A stretch of DNA of 56,346 bases, counting the filler, from Circinaria calcarea (lineage: Eukaryota), in NCBI GenBank assembly GCA_051942165.1. It is 2 parts of 2 records of this genome, joined end to end, with 100 filler letters (N's around TTAATTAATTAA, not from the genome) between each part and the next. Parts side by side here need not be neighbours in the genome. Positions count along the whole stretch, not along the records: positions 1 to 28,155 come from JAVECS010000058.1; positions 28,256 to 56,346 come from JAVECS010000059.1. One strand, 5' to 3'. Positions within the stretch are counted from its first letter, which is position 1; each line of letters begins with the position of its first letter. Of the stretch, positions 20,743-34,683 are shown piece after piece. Position numbers and translations under genes: made by a program. The notes beneath the pieces are model-generated. The model was given only the letters and a program-made list of their open reading frames with translations, did no database searches and was not told the origin of the DNA.

Positions 20743-23700
20743 ATGACAAACGCCATTATTACCATCATCCTTGTGGGACTACTGAGTACTCCTTCGTCAG
20801 CAGCTTTGATCAACTTTAAGAATTGCCTGGGATCGAACATCATTAACTCGGTTCCAACACAGCTACAGTTCGTACCCCTTTATGTTAATGCAGTTTTCAA
20901 CGCTACGGCCCCGAGTCATAATCTCAACGTTACGGTATACGGAAACGTTACCGGCAGGACTACACAGGAGCCATTGCCGCCGCCAGATGATCCGCATTGG
21001 GGAGATCCCAAGCAGGAATTGGGAAAGATCCCGGACCTAAGTCCTACCAATAACAAGTATTCAACCTTGGATTCCATTTTCAACGTTCTCCATTATACTG
21101 CATACGACGCTCCTGCGAGTCGGTTCTGCGATAGCGTGGTGCAGGGCGGTTGTCCCATTGCTCCTGCTTTTACGGCTAGCGGGTGAGTCAACTCTCCGGT
21201 TTGGCTTAAGTCTGCTATGTTTAGAATTGTCATAACGGTTACTTAGTTCTAGGAACAACTTAGCACAGTTGCCTGCCTTTTCCGTAGCCCACGACTTGTA
21301 TTCGGCCTATATCTTTACGACAATTACCACCAACTTAGAAGTGAGAACCGGTGATGCCAGCAAGGCAATCCTCGCCTGTGTTTCCGCGAGCGTTACACCG
21401 GACCTCGGTTACACTATCAGCAACCTTCTCACCTACCTACCCGCTGTGGTGTTGGTCGTGGTGGCTATCGCAACTGCGTTAGCTGCCATACTGAGTCCAT
21501 GGGGAACGATAGACGTCTTTCGCTGGACTAGCAATTACGGCAGGGATGCAGATCTTCTACGACTGGTAACCCCAGGCTTTGGCGACTGTCTGCAATACAT
21601 CCAGTTCATTGTACTGTCGGGGGCACTAAGTCTTAACTATCCAGGGTTTTACCAACCTATCGTGAGTCAAGTTAGTTGGTCTGTACTCATGCTCAACGAA
21701 AGCTTTGTGAGCCACGGCAATGGTACTCAAAGCCTGGTAGATGGAATATACACGGTCAATGCAACTTATGGTCTGGATCAGATGAGCCAACTGGTAGGCA
21801 TGACGTCCGACAAAGATATATGGGCAGGTATGATGATCTGGCTTCTTGTGATCATCGCTGCTCTCGTCGTTCTCATCCAAATTGTTTTTGCCTGCCGTTG
21901 GGGCTATCGGTTCATCTCTGATACTCAAGAGGAAGACCTTCGAGCGAAGAACTTTCCTTTTACTATGGGAAACAGCATCAGGATAGTCTTCAACTACTTC
22001 TTACTACCCGTGGTCGCCTTCTCGATGTACCAGCTTGTGATTGCCGGCTATTCACCCCGCTCGACTGTTGGTCTGGCGGCTCTTGCGTTGGTTGCTGTTA
22101 TAGGCTTTGCAATATGGCTGCTCTGGCTTGTTGCGTCTACCCGTCCCAGATCTTATCTTTTCGATGATCTTCCTACGGTCCTCCTCTATGGACCGCTCTA
22201 TAATACCTATTCAGATCATGCCGCTGCCTTTGCACTAATACCCGTTATGATGACCTTTGTACGAGGTGTTGCGATTGGTGCAGTTCAGCCGTCAGGTATC
22301 GCTCAGCTGGTTTTACTTGCCATCTGCGAAGTCATAATGATGCTGACACTCAACGCTTTCCGTCCGTTTCAGTCTCCGACGTCGATGAACGTGATTCATA
22401 CTGTTTTCGCCGTGGTGCGACTTGTCACCATTATGCTGAGCGTGGCGTTTGTGCCCTCGCTCAACATCGGTGATGCATCCAGAGGATGGATTGGATATGT
22501 CATACTACTCCTGCATGGGATTACGCTATTTGTGGGCTTCTTTTTGCATTCCCTACAAACCATCATTGAAGTCGTTGCTAGACTGGCGGGTGCTGGAGGT
22601 GAAGATGGCGTAGGGGGCGGTGCTACAAGAGGCGGTCTTGTCAAAGTACGTTTCTCCCCACGCTGTTTGAATAGTCTGGCGTCCGAAGGCCTGCTAGTCT
22701 AAATGGTTTTTACATTGGATTGCTAAATCATTTATTTACATAGGTGTTCGGTATGCGCCAGCTCTCACGGAGAAGCCCTCGCCGCTCAGCCAGGTCTCGG
22801 ACCAGTATAGCCTCAGATGCGGCAATGTTGGGGCAAGAGACCGATTCAAAATCACTGCACCTGAATGGTGGTAGGTCGCGTAGTATGTCTGGCAGCTCAG
22901 CCATCTTACTGAATAGGCCAATCGCAGCAGACGGCCGTAGGAGTCTTGGACTGGATTCAATTAGTGCTGCTGGTGGAGAGCATAGCCATACTGGGAGTGG
23001 CGGGGCCCCTCTGACGCCAACCACTCCAGCAGGGGGCAGCGCCTTCTCCTTTGTACCTGGAACGAGCCAGAATGGTACACGTGGTGAGTCCCAACGTGGG
23101 GGGATAGTTAATTTGAAAGCTACAGAAGCCGCGGATCCTTATTACCGGCCACCACGTCCGAGGCGAGTCACCGTGGATCTATCGTCGCCGGGTACTCGTA
23201 AGCGCGGTTCATGGGCCAGCGGAGATTGGTCTAAAGCCTGGAGTCAGAACAGTCCTGACCAGGTCAGTTCTCCGGATCCTATGGAGGGTCCCTCGGTCTC
23301 TGGTCGGGCAACTCCGCTTCCCGCACACTTAGGCAGTAAGAGAGAACGCGCTGATTCGAACACTGACGATCCGAGACACTCAAAGACCGACTACGCTATT
23401 AGGGAGGTGGACTTTTACTATGGGGTACGAGGACCAGCACTATCGAATTTGCCAACACGTAGACTGAAGACTGGACCCGCGGATCCTACAGGACCTGTGT
23501 CATCCGCATCGGGTTGGCTGAAGAGTCTGTTTGGAGGAAAGACGAAAGAAAAGGGAAAAGGATTTGAAGTGGTGAGGAGCTCGAGGGTACCTCAACTTGG
23601 TACACCACCGGGGGAAATCGCGCTGGTAGATCAAAAGCCCTATAAGGATGATCCTGAATTTACTCCACCTCAAAAATCCCGTGAGTTTCAGCTCGACGAC

Positions 23701-24498
23701 GAAGGAGATGCGGTTGGTGGTGGTACCCGGCATCTACCTGATGAAAACCCCAGTCCCCTAATAAGCGACAACGGATCGACCCTCGAGTCTGACTCTGATG
23801 AGGATGATCCTTCGAAATTAAGAGCAAGTCAAATATCACAATTCCCCCCTTCCTTGCCAACAATTGAAACCGGACCAGGGATCGAATTACCGACTCGGAT
23901 TACATCCAAGGCCAGCTCCAAGCCTTCAGGTATTGACACTGGACGGGTTCAGGAGCGGCGCCCACCAACATTACCACGGAAGAGTTCAAGGCGTACATCA
24001 TCGCAAGGCAAAGCGGAGTTCGAATTTACAGGCCATGCAAGCCCGGCCATCATTGTACCTTCATCTTCGCCACCATCGTCTCCCAAGAAGAATGCAGACT
24101 TGCATCGCCAAAACATGTCTCGTTCGGCAGGACTGAGGCCATCGAGTAGCATTGCTCAACGTTTACCTTTTGGACTGAGCTCGTCGTCAAGTCATTCAGA
24201 TAAACGGCCGTCGACAGGTGGAGAATCTACGACATCAGATTTGCTCACCCCAGCGGACGATGGCCATCATAACAACTCCGGTGGATACCTCCGACACTCC
24301 TCTGCAGCGTTTGGAACGTTACTGCCGTCTTTCCGAGACGATCGACCTTCGAGCATGGGGTATGTACAGCAGCACCGAGCCAGCGACAATGTTCATATAG
24401 CCAACCCGAATGATCCGTCGTTTCATGAGTCTGCAGCCGAGCTGGTTAATGACCCAAACCGGAGGAGTGGCAGCCCCGAAAGGCGCTCCTTCCAATGA
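20743..24498 (+). CDS. Fungal TRP-like channel / flavin-carrier (Flc/Pkd2) family: ML-like domain, multipass TM domain, long disordered tail; 3 exons
   Basis: Signal peptide MTNAIITIILVGLLSTPSSA, FKNCL..LQFVP..CPI, ACVSASVTP, GFGDCLQYIQF..LSLNYPGFYQP, LYGPLYNTY. Introns 21183-21246 (or -21252) and 22646-22743. Upstream in-frame ATGs exist (e.g. 20575). Confidence 0.88.
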
Positions 24499-25578
24499 AT
24501 CTTTTGAAATCCCTGATGTAAAACCTGTTCACCTCTTCTTTACGCACAGCTGTCTAACAGACTTCGATCTTCTTATCCGGCCATAGAAATTTTTTGAGAG
24601 GCGTTGGGATGGGGGTACCGGGTTAATGGCTCATGGGATTTGAAGAGCCGCGCAACCAAATTTTACACATGTGCGCACAATTGCAGGGTGGAATATCGCC
24701 ATACGGTAGGGATTATAGCGACGGCGATCTCGAGGGTATTATATGTTTTGCTTTTCATGTATGATATATTGGAGAAGGAAGGCTCCTAGCCTGCGTGCTC
24801 CTACATAGTAAAGGGCTCAAAGCAGCTGGATGCGAAGATAGTATGTTTGGTCAAATCCATGTGCAGCGTCGAGAACTCATCCTCGATATTTATGTTTCTG
24901 AGGTGAACTAAAGAGGCAGACCGTGTCGGGAGATATGGTAGTCAAAAACGTCGGGGTTGCAAATGTCCATCTCCCGTACATAAGCGGTTAATGCACACTG
25001 CGGGCACGGGCCAGGATCTATATCCTTAATATCACCACATCATCTTCCTATGCAAGGACGATGACCAGACGCTCGTTGGTTCACCATAGTATAGATGCTG
25101 GCGATTAAAGCTGGAGCTCCCGTCAGTCTTCTTACTTTCCGTCATCCAACTTAGATTACACCATCAAGTGCACCATCCATGTGCCTATCGTACAGCTATA
25201 TCTATCACGCATTAACCTTGGGTGCCAAGTTGATATACGAAATTCGGCGATTGAAGATCGGATCTTAGCAGCTCTCGAGTTCTGTTATACTCAGATTCAT
25301 CAATCAGCCGAAGCCGAGAAACCTCCGTTCGTTTGGTCATAGACCGAAATACGAGGGTATAGCTTGCCACTGCACCGACCGCCGAACTCACGCTACCACC
25401 CCATCTCAACATCGGCCACAGTCGAGCGCAGCAAGACACATTTCCGGAGTCGGTGACCTATATATAGCACACGCTCAATCTGGAGAAAAAACGCCCCCTC
25501 GACTCCCATCTTGATATTAATTACTCTACGTTCGGCAATCGGCCCTTTAAACGGCCTCGACTGGCTTCCAAAGCTGCA

Positions 25579-27770
25579 ATGGAACCGGTCACTGGTCCTT
25601 GCGGAACAGACCCCCGTACCGCCCATGAGAGACCATCCCCCCTTGACCTAAATCTAGAAAGAGCCGCCCTCGAAAACAGCGATGACACGCGAGATAGGTG
25701 GATTTTCAGACGAGGGCATAGCGACGGAGATGTTCTAACCCGGGGGATGGGTCCCTATCGAAGGATGTCGACCGAAGGAGCAAGAGGAAACGAAGAAACA
25801 TGGATGGACTTTATGAGACAGGTGCCGGACGATGATGAGGGTCCGTCGGAACGGGCAAGGCTTGCCATGCGGAGGGCCGGTATGGTTGCTGCAGATCGAA
25901 AAAGACACCTTCAAGGGGCACGGGAAGACTATAGTAGAAGACGGTCAGCCAGCACAACGTTATTTGGACAGTCGATTCGGGATAGAACGAGGCAGCAAAT
26001 CCTAGCTGCAGGCATCTCCAGTGGGCTTTCCCCAAGCTTCCAACAACCAACACATCGCGATAACTCGATCGATATGGACAGACCGTTACCCCAGTTACCA
26101 AGTGTGACTAACACATCAACACGTCCGACTGGAGACATCATCCTTCCACGGTGGCAGCCGGATGCTGAGGTTTCTCATTGTCCGATATGCGGTAGGACCT
26201 TTGCTTTCTGGTACCGCAAACACCACTGTAGGAAATGCGGAAGGGTAGTGTGCGCAAATTGTTCACCCCATCGGATCACCATCCCACGCCAGTTCATCGT
26301 ACATCCACCAGAAGACATTGCTTTTGGCATGACCGGTGGTACTGGAAGCTCCAATGTTGAAGTGGTTGATCTGACTGGAGATGACGAACCCAACGCGGGA
26401 TCCGCTACCCCTACATCACCACTCGAGCGATCACGCGGCCTCGAACATCGTCTTGATCCAGCCCTTGGCGGAGGGCGGGAGGTGAGGTTATGCAATCCTT
26501 GCGTGCCTGATCCTAACCCGTTGCCCCCCCCTCCATATTCTTTATCTAATCCTCATGTACTGGCATCATTTCCACGCCCAGAACATCAAGCTTCTCTAAC
26601 TCAACGGCCACCACTACCAGCCTCCAGCAATTCCGCATCCTCTCAGGCACCCCTCCCCAACGTTCGGCCAGCACCAGCACACAATTTTAGTCGGCCACAC
26701 AGTGCACAACAACCCCTCCCCCCGCGTCAAGGGGGATATCGACGGCAGTCAATACGATCGCCTCCTGAACCTACTACGAGAAGTGTACTGGAACAGGAAC
26801 CAGCTCGAAGGGAGGCTATGCTTCCAGTACGAAACCTCTTTCCTGTCTTTGATAGCTTCACAACTAATCCACCATTCACAGCCCCTTCCCACCTCCTCAA
26901 CTGGATTCGACGGAAGCCAATCAGGTGCCCCAACCAGCCGAAGACACACCCAACACTCCTCGCCCTACCCGCCCTACTCGCCCCAACTCACATCAACTTA
27001 CGGTTCTGTCCCTGGTACATCATCCCGCCATGCCCTTCCGAATCCCATTGCCGACCACCTACGTCACCGTTCCCATACCTCAACTAGTACAGTACCCACC
27101 CACCCGCGCTATAGGTCCATGCTTGACATCTCAACGCCGCTCCCACCAATTCCACCCCCACCGCCTCCTCCGTTGAAAGAGGAAGACGAGTGCCCCATTT
27201 GCCACTCCGCCCTTCCTCCCAAGGGCCCGGATGGTTCGGAAACAGCACGCGAAGAGCATGTTGCGGCGTGCATCGAGACACATTTCTCATCCTCGGGGCC
27301 ACGATCTACAAATCCGCCGCCCGAAGCCGCAATAGCGGCAGTTGTTGCAGCTAGCTCAGCCACACCTGCTCAAGCCGCTGGTACTAGTAGCGCAGCCGTA
27401 GATCCCAACGCCGGAACCGAATCCGCCGCCCCTGCGCCTGCGTCGAGTACGGAGCCTATTCCGAGAAGGCGAGTTGCGGGCATGGTCGTCTACCACGCGA
27501 GCGAAAAGGACTGCATCGGGGAAGACGGCGAAGGGGCGCAGGAGTGCGTGATTTGCTTCGAGGAGTTTGCGGTCGGGGAGGAGATGGGGAGGTTGGAGTG
27601 CTTGTGCAAGTTTCACAAGGTGTGTGCCTATCCCCCTTCTATTTTACCCCAGATGGGCGAGAAATGGAATGGAGATTTAACAGGGGCTGATTCGACCGTA
27701 GGCGTGTATCCGGCAGTGGTGGGATACCAAAGGTGCGGGCGCGTGTCCGGTGCATCAGGGTGCTCTTTAG
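25579..27770 (+). CDS. PIB1: FYVE and RING-H2 domain E3 ubiquitin ligase, Pib1-like; 3 exons
   Basis: WQPD..CPIC..RKHHCRKCGRVVC (FYVE); ECVICFEEF..RLECLCKFHK/ACIRQWW..CPVH (RING). Introns 26827-26881 and 27620-27701; stop TAG 27768-27770. Confidence 0.9.
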
Positions 27771-28155
27771 GGGTTTTTGAGCCTTTGGTATGCTTTATCC
27801 GTTTTAGCTGTGATTTTTCCCCCCCGATTCGTGTGTGCGGATGGGTGTGCTTTTTAGCGCGTTGGGTTCTTTTGGGTTTGGGGATGGGGATGGGGATACC
27901 GGAGTCTGGAAATGTCTTTTTTTTTTTTTTTTTTTTGGCAACGGGGCAACGGAAAGGAGAGGAAGGGGATGGATGCCCTGGATAGGAGTTGCCATGACAC
28001 ATGGTCTACATGTCGATTATTTTCCACACCCTGACTTTGGATACGAATGGATACTTTATAAGAATGGATGATCTTTTCCCCACCCTTCTTTCCCCCCTCC
28101 CCTCCTTTTTCTTGGATTCTTTGAAGAAAGGAGCCTTGGTGAATTGCATTTATCT

Positions 28156-28255
28156 NNNNNNNNNNNNNNNNNNNNNNNNNNNNNNNNNNNNNNNNNNNNT
28201 TAATTAATTAANNNNNNNNNNNNNNNNNNNNNNNNNNNNNNNNNNNNNNNNNNNN
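28156..28255. other. Assembly gap, 100 nt, with artificial TTAATTAATTAA six-frame stop linker (28200-28211)
   Basis: Runs of N flank a palindromic stop linker. Contiguity across it is not sequence-supported. Confidence 0.97.
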
Positions 28256-28632
28256 TTCCACTGGATTCTACAAACTCAACCGTACCTATGCATTTACGCT
28301 CCGGCTCCTGGACTGACCACGACCACACTGCTCGTGACTTTAATATGGTTCACAATTACGGTCAGTACGGAGAGCTTGGCTGTCGTTCTCGGTTCAGTTA
28401 TCCTATCCCCAAACCTGAACTCGAAACTGTCAGGAAGCCGCCCGTTCGATTCGAGAGAGCTCCCGCTGCAGCACCTCGTCGCATCCACGGCATGGAAGTC
28501 GCTCCGGATGCTTGCATTGGTATTCTTCCCGTTGCCATTTCATGTCGACCAGCCAAGATACCCGACGCGGCTCAGCTTGGTACCGCGCCACCCGCTCGTT
28601 CTTTTCTGCCGGCTTTGGACGAGAGCGCCTAG
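28256..28632 (+). CDS. Possible 3' end of a gene cut by the gap, or a spurious ORF
   Basis: Frame is open from the gap edge to TAG 28632. No family recognised. Confidence 0.2.
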
Positions 28633-30275
28633 GCCCTTCCCAAACGCCAGTAGTCCAGCTTTGTGTCGTCTCACATGTGGAGAGCCTTCTAGCTGAATGA
28701 AGATCTATATGAGATCTGTCTCATGGCTTCTACCATTTAAGAGCAATTTGGAAAGTAGGGCGGGTACTATGAGTGCTTTCCGAGGCACTAGTGTAATCCT
28801 AACGATTGATGACGAGATACCCCACCGGTGATAAAGCACCAGGTTAGCTTCTGCAGAATGGACGATTGTTTCAGCTTTGAAACTCCCCATGGAAACCATA
28901 TACGTGATGCCCTCCGGTGGCTGTGTGTTCAAGGTGGCCCCGAATATGGATTTATCGGCTTGTGCACTCGGTAGGGTGTGGTTTCTACACAAGATGATAC
29001 CGCTGTACTTCTGTCTCGACGGTGTAAAACTCGTGCGGTACTACCTGAGCTGATACTCTTGTACTGATCTCCCTCTAATGCAACAAACCAACTTTCTACA
29101 ACAACAAACTAGCCTCTACTCTGGTTTCCCTCCCCAAAACTCACGACTGTAAAGTTCTCCCCAACGCAATAACTCCGGTCTTCCTCTCGCCTTTCCCAAG
29201 TAAGATACCAAGCGTAGATTTCTCTCCCCAAGAAAATGCCCTCCTATCCAACAACACCCGTGATCTCTGTATCTGGATCGTCAAACCCCTACACCGAATC
29301 TTTGCCGGGATAATCCTCTGTATGGAGAGCATCTCCCGTATGATTATTGGGTTGAGGATCATAGAAGTAGTTGGTTAGAAGGATGGGATCTCGCTTAGTT
29401 GGGTGTGGGACTGGGGTATCAAGATCACGTGATGGTCCCGAGTGTTTCACGGGGAGAGGAAGACGGGGGGTGGGAACGGAAACGGGAAGGGAAAATGGGC
29501 CCGGTGGTGTATGTTTCGGTCTACCTGGGCCTCCTGTCACAATTCGATTCGGACGCCCCGGACAGGATCCGACTCCTCCTGCCCCAACCCCCAATTCATG
29601 TCACCTAATATCAATTCCGTATTCTACCCCTAAACCGAAACATACCAAACAACCGTTTTTCCGATTCCTTCCGGGTAGAGAGGGAACTCCCATGCCGTCC
29701 GCGGATGAAGAGATGATGAGCTTGGATTCGTGATTGTTGGATCGGAGGAAAAGGCGGAGACAAAGTGGAGATGATGGATAGCTGATGATAGATAGCCAGA
29801 CGCTAGGAAAAATAAACTCCTGGAGAGACTGGGGAATACTTATTAATGGGGATAGCCCGGGGTGGATGGAGGTAAGCTAAGAGGTTGTGGGTAGATAACA
29901 GGGTCCTTGTGTGCGTTTGTTTGTGGGAGAAATAGGCGAATGATTTATGAAAATTCCGGGAGGGCCACAAACTTGCAGTGCATCAATCGTGGGGGTTTTG
30001 AAGGCGTGTTGAAGGAACAAGAGCGACTAAAGAGATTTGAGCCGTTTGCCTCCCCAGTCATCGTTTCTGAAACCTTTCGATGATTGAAATGCCTTCACAT
30101 GACCGACAAAGTCACTTTTACTTAGATCTAACATTGTCACTGTGATCCGAATGCATACGCAGAAAAGAAAAGATCTGCATGAATAGATAATACCACGAGT
30201 AGGAATGCATCCACCCCCCCATGCTCCTGTGCAATGCTGACCAAAACATGAACACCCTGGCCCGCTATGATACTT

Positions 30276-32980
30276 CTACAATAAACTCTCATACTTGTCA
30301 AGCCCTGTCTTCTTCGCCGCTGAATCGGCCATGGACCCTGGAGGTGGATTGGAAAACGTGTTCTGGGCTGCCACCGGTTGACTGAAGCCGTTTTTTGCTA
30401 CAGCGTTCCCAACGAGATTATGAGGTGTTGGAGGACTTGTCCATCCATTGGAAATGCCATTTGCTTGTGGAGGACTCGCCCATGGATTGGTGGCAACGGT
30501 TGAGGATTTGACCGGTTGCAATGGTCGTAGAGGCTTCATATTACTCCAGCTCCCTGTGGTGTTACCAATGCTCGAGGTAACATGGGATGGTTTCAGGGCT
30601 GCAAAGCTGTTAAGGCTCTGATCTGGTGTGATGGCGCGCGAGTTGGGTGCTTGCTGTGGGCGAAGGACATCGCTGATACTAGAACCTTGGCCTTGACTTG
30701 ACCATGCGAATCCTGGTGATCCTGATGATGATGTTTGGATGGATTGCGATGGGAGTGGCTGAAGTCGTGTAGAGCCTCCTATCGTGTCAGACCCAGATCC
30801 AGATCCCTTTCCGAGCACGAGCCTTTTAAAGTCATCCTCACTGACATTGAACGCACCATAAGCGTCACTCATAGAGCCTGTACTCATCAAGTCATTAGAT
30901 CTCGATGTATCAAAGCCATTAGAAGAATTGGAGGATAGCTCGCTGAGCTTCTTGATTCGCTCCTGTTCAATCTTCGCGGAGAGACTCTTGATAAGGTCCA
31001 TATGTTCGGAGAATTGCTGTAAATTGAGTAGAGGCCCAAGACTGAAGCTCCATAGTATGGGTAGGACATCCATGGCGAGGAACTCCGAGTCTGCAATTTC
31101 GCCGACTTGCTTGAAGACTGCGAGGGTAGCCATCATTACCGCCGGTTCCTTAGTCTTAATTGCCTTGAGTAGCGGTACAACTTTCTCCTGTATAGTATAC
31201 TTGTCTAGGATTATGTTGCTCCCCTTCGGTGGCCCATTAGATTTACTTATAGCTCTGTCTGAACCATCATGAGCCCCTCCACCCGAAAGACCTCCACAAA
31301 GTACGCTAAGAGCCTCCAAGCCTCTGATCTTGACGGCCAGGCTACTCGTCTTTGTGAAAATAGCAGCTATTAACGGGAACAGATCATGCTTGATGGTTGA
31401 GAAGTCCAGAAGAGCAAGAATCGTGGGCAGGCATCCTAGTGCCTTGTCCACGACTGAATGCGTATGAGACTCGAGACCAAGTTGGATGATGGGAAAAATG
31501 TCTGTATATTGTAAGCCTTGTATCTCAACGTGCTTTGCCTGGCCTTACCATCTTTGAATTCCTTTCCAGAACAATTCCGACCTATAAGCCTCATATTCTC
31601 CAAGATTACCATTAAGCCGGCCTCTTTCGCAGCATCTCGATCGGCAGAGGCGCCTTTCCCGCCAGTTGCGAGAAACACCTCTCGTAGACGTGGTAAGACC
31701 TTGTCAGTGAGTGCTCTTTGACTAGATGGTAGCGTCTTTATGATCTTGAAAACACTTTGCAGAATTAGGGACAACAGCTCCTTGTCCTTTGTCTCCTCAA
31801 GGAGTGCAGGCAAGACTTTCTTATCGAGAACCGACTTCGGAAACCGCTCCAGAATCCTTGGCAACCCACGTAGGAATTGTGATTTCTCGTTGGGATTTTT
31901 CGTAGGTAATGAATCTAGGAATCGGATTGTCGACACGAGAATGTTGTCAAAGAAGCCCGACTGCTGAAATTCCCGTGCATTCATTCTTTGGGCTTGCCTC
32001 CTGGTAATGAGCCGAGCCAATACAGGAAGAAGCTCTTTTGGTAATGGTCTCGAAGACAGGAAATTATTGGATGATGAAGGAGTCGTAGATGACGAGGTAA
32101 AGAGTTTCTTATACGTGGATATGTTGAAACTAGTATGGAGCGGAGATTCATGGGGTGAGTTGTATAATGCCAGTATCACAAGCCCGAGAGAAAACATGTC
32201 TGCGGATGGTGATATACTACTATCCATAACGAAGTCGGGGGAGGTAAAATCCAGATTCATCTGAACCGCTCGAGGTAATCGAGGATTGAAGTACAAAGCC
32301 TCCGATAGGGCTATGGGCGGAGTTGCTGTGCTCGTTGCATTATCGGAGGGTCCTGCGAAGCCCAATCCAGATATTTTCCAGTCAGATTTCTGATTGATAT
32401 AAATGGCTTCCGGGGTAAGGTTTCCATGAACTAGACCTGCGGATTCGTGCAAGAATTCTAGCCCCTTGGCCACCTGTAATAACCCTTTCCGAATCTCCAG
32501 TTCGTCAATTCCTAATTCCTTCTGTCCTCCATCTTCACCCTCAAGCCGGTGTCGACTAGATCTGCCGCGGCTATGACCCGAACTACTTTGGTCGTCTTGG
32601 TCCTGCAGCAGAGTTGCCAGTGTCGCAGTTATGGGTTCGGTTGCGAACATAAGTCCACCATTGCGGGTATCTTCCACGGGTTCGGCCAAGAGTAGTATAT
32701 TTGGATGCCGGAGTCTTGCCAAGGAGCTGGCTTCCTTCTTAAGCCGTTCGACCACCTCATCATGGATTTTGCGTCTTGAGGCGCCGTTGGATCGACTTCT
32801 GAGTCCACCCGCAGGCTCAAGTGACTTTCTATCGAAAACGAAGACAGATACCAGCTTTCCCGTTGCTTTATTCTTGCCATCGAAGATTTTCCATGCTCCG
32901 GCAATTGATGTCGGTGTGTTGGAGAGAGTGTAATTCGCTGCAATATTCGAAGTGAAGGACTTGAGTGCAGAAGTAAACAT
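30276..32980 (-). CDS. SCY1: SCY1-like (Scy1/Ppk32/SCYL2) pseudokinase with HEAT repeats; 2 exons
   Basis: LARLRHPNIL, FATEP, GLEFLHESAGLVHGNLTPEAIYIN..DWKISGLGF, then a helical repeat region. Intron 31548-31502 joins the 514-aa and 391-aa ORFs. Confidence 0.93.
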
Positions 32981-33310
32981 GGCGGAAGCCGGCGTATGAA
33001 AAAGTTAGCTTGACAGCGCTTTCATATCCAATGGAGTCATGGTTGATTCATTGAAATCGGACCTTCTCCGCTGCGTTATCAGATCATCTCTGGTTACCTT
33101 AGATATCGATCTCATACCTTCTGCTGTAAGCTTATTTCAAAAGGTAGAATGGTCGATAAGGCAAGGGTATCTAGCCCTACGAAGTGTGGCCGACCATCGG
33201 AGTCTCCGGGAGAGTACAGTAAAGTCTGAGTCAGTGAACCGGGTGAGATGAAATACAAGATCCCTTTCAACTACTTCAACACGGAATCAATTGATGTCGC
33301 CGGTACAATA

Positions 33311-34683
33311 ATGCTCTCTCTGAGGCTATCACGGACCGCAAGGCATTTTCCCAAAGAAACAAACTCACGACAGTCTCCCCTTCGACTTCGACCATGGCAA
33401 TGCCGCAGAGCCTACAGCATACAGAGCGAAGAAGATGCAATCGCACAGCTACCGGGCCTTGACCCCTCCCAATTATCTGTGACAAAGACCATAACACCCA
33501 AGAAGATGCTCCCTGCTGAGGAGCTTATATTTGGGAGGACATTCACAGGTGTGCCAGGACACCGATTTAAAAGTCAATCGGGGAACTGAAGGGTGCGCCA
33601 AACACAGATCATATGTTGTCGATAGAATGGACTACGGCACAAGGCTGGCTTCCGCCTCGAATAACTCCATACCAAAACCTCAGTCTCGATCCTGCCACCT
33701 GCGTCTTCCACTACGCCTTTGAGTGCTTCGAAGGCATGAAAGCATATAAAAGTACAGATGGGCAGATCCGGCTTTTCCGCCCGGACAGAAACATGGCACG
33801 TCTCAATAAATCCTCTGCAAGGATAGCCCTCCCAACTGTCGAGCCCAATGCATTTATAAACCTCATCTCAAAATTCGTCGCGCTAGAAGAACATTCCATC
33901 CCCTCGTGAGTACCATGGATTTAGCCGACTCATGGTATGGGACATTACTAATCAAAGCCTCTCTCTTTCAGAGCTCGTGGATACTCCCTCTATCTCCGCC
34001 CTACGATGATCGGTACCCAACGCACCCTTGGCGTTGGCCCACCTGGCTCCGCCCTCCTCTATGTAATTGCTTCCCCCGTCGGTCCTTACTACCCCACCGG
34101 CTTCAAAGCCATTTCCCTTGAAGCAACCGACTACGCCGTGCGCGCTTGGCCTGGTGGTGTTGGCGACAAGAAACTCGGCGCAAATTACGCACCGTGTATC
34201 GTACCGCAGATGCAGGCAGCAAAAAGGGGCTTCCACCAAAATTTGTGGTTATTCGGCGAAGAAGAGTACGTGACCGAAGTAGGAACCATGAATTTCTTCG
34301 CCGCGGTACGGAACAAGGAGACGGGGAAGAATGAGCTCGTCACGGCACCCCTGGACGGAACGATTCTAGAAGGCGTAACGAGGGAATCGATATTAGAACT
34401 CGCTCGAGAGCGGCTAGTCCCGGAGGGCTGGGAAGTCTGTGAGAGGATGTTCACGATGAAGGAGTTGGCGGAAGCAGCGGATGGAGGGAGACTCATCGAG
34501 GCCTTTGGGTCCGGGACTGCGGCTGTTGTGTGCCCGGTGAGAAAAATCAGCTGGAGGGGGAGGATGGTGGAATGTGGATTGACAGATGACCAGGAGGCGG
34601 GAGAGTTGACGGTGCGGATAAAGGGCTGGATGGAGGCGATACAGTATGGGGATGAAGAGCATCCCTGGAGTGTCAAGATATGA
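33311..34683 (+). CDS. BAT1: Branched-chain amino-acid aminotransferase with mitochondrial presequence; 3 exons
   Basis: [61 protein letters not shown]. Introns 33549-33607 and 33906-33971. Divergent from SCY1 across 330 bp. Confidence 0.95.

Noticed and set aside
26702..27985. 427-aa ORF as a separate gene ending in poly-Phe
   Set aside because: It is exon 2 of PIB1 read through intron 2 and the 3' UTR poly-T.
28200..28211. Perfect palindrome TTAATTAATTAA
   Set aside because: Embedded in N runs; an artificial scaffold linker, not biology.
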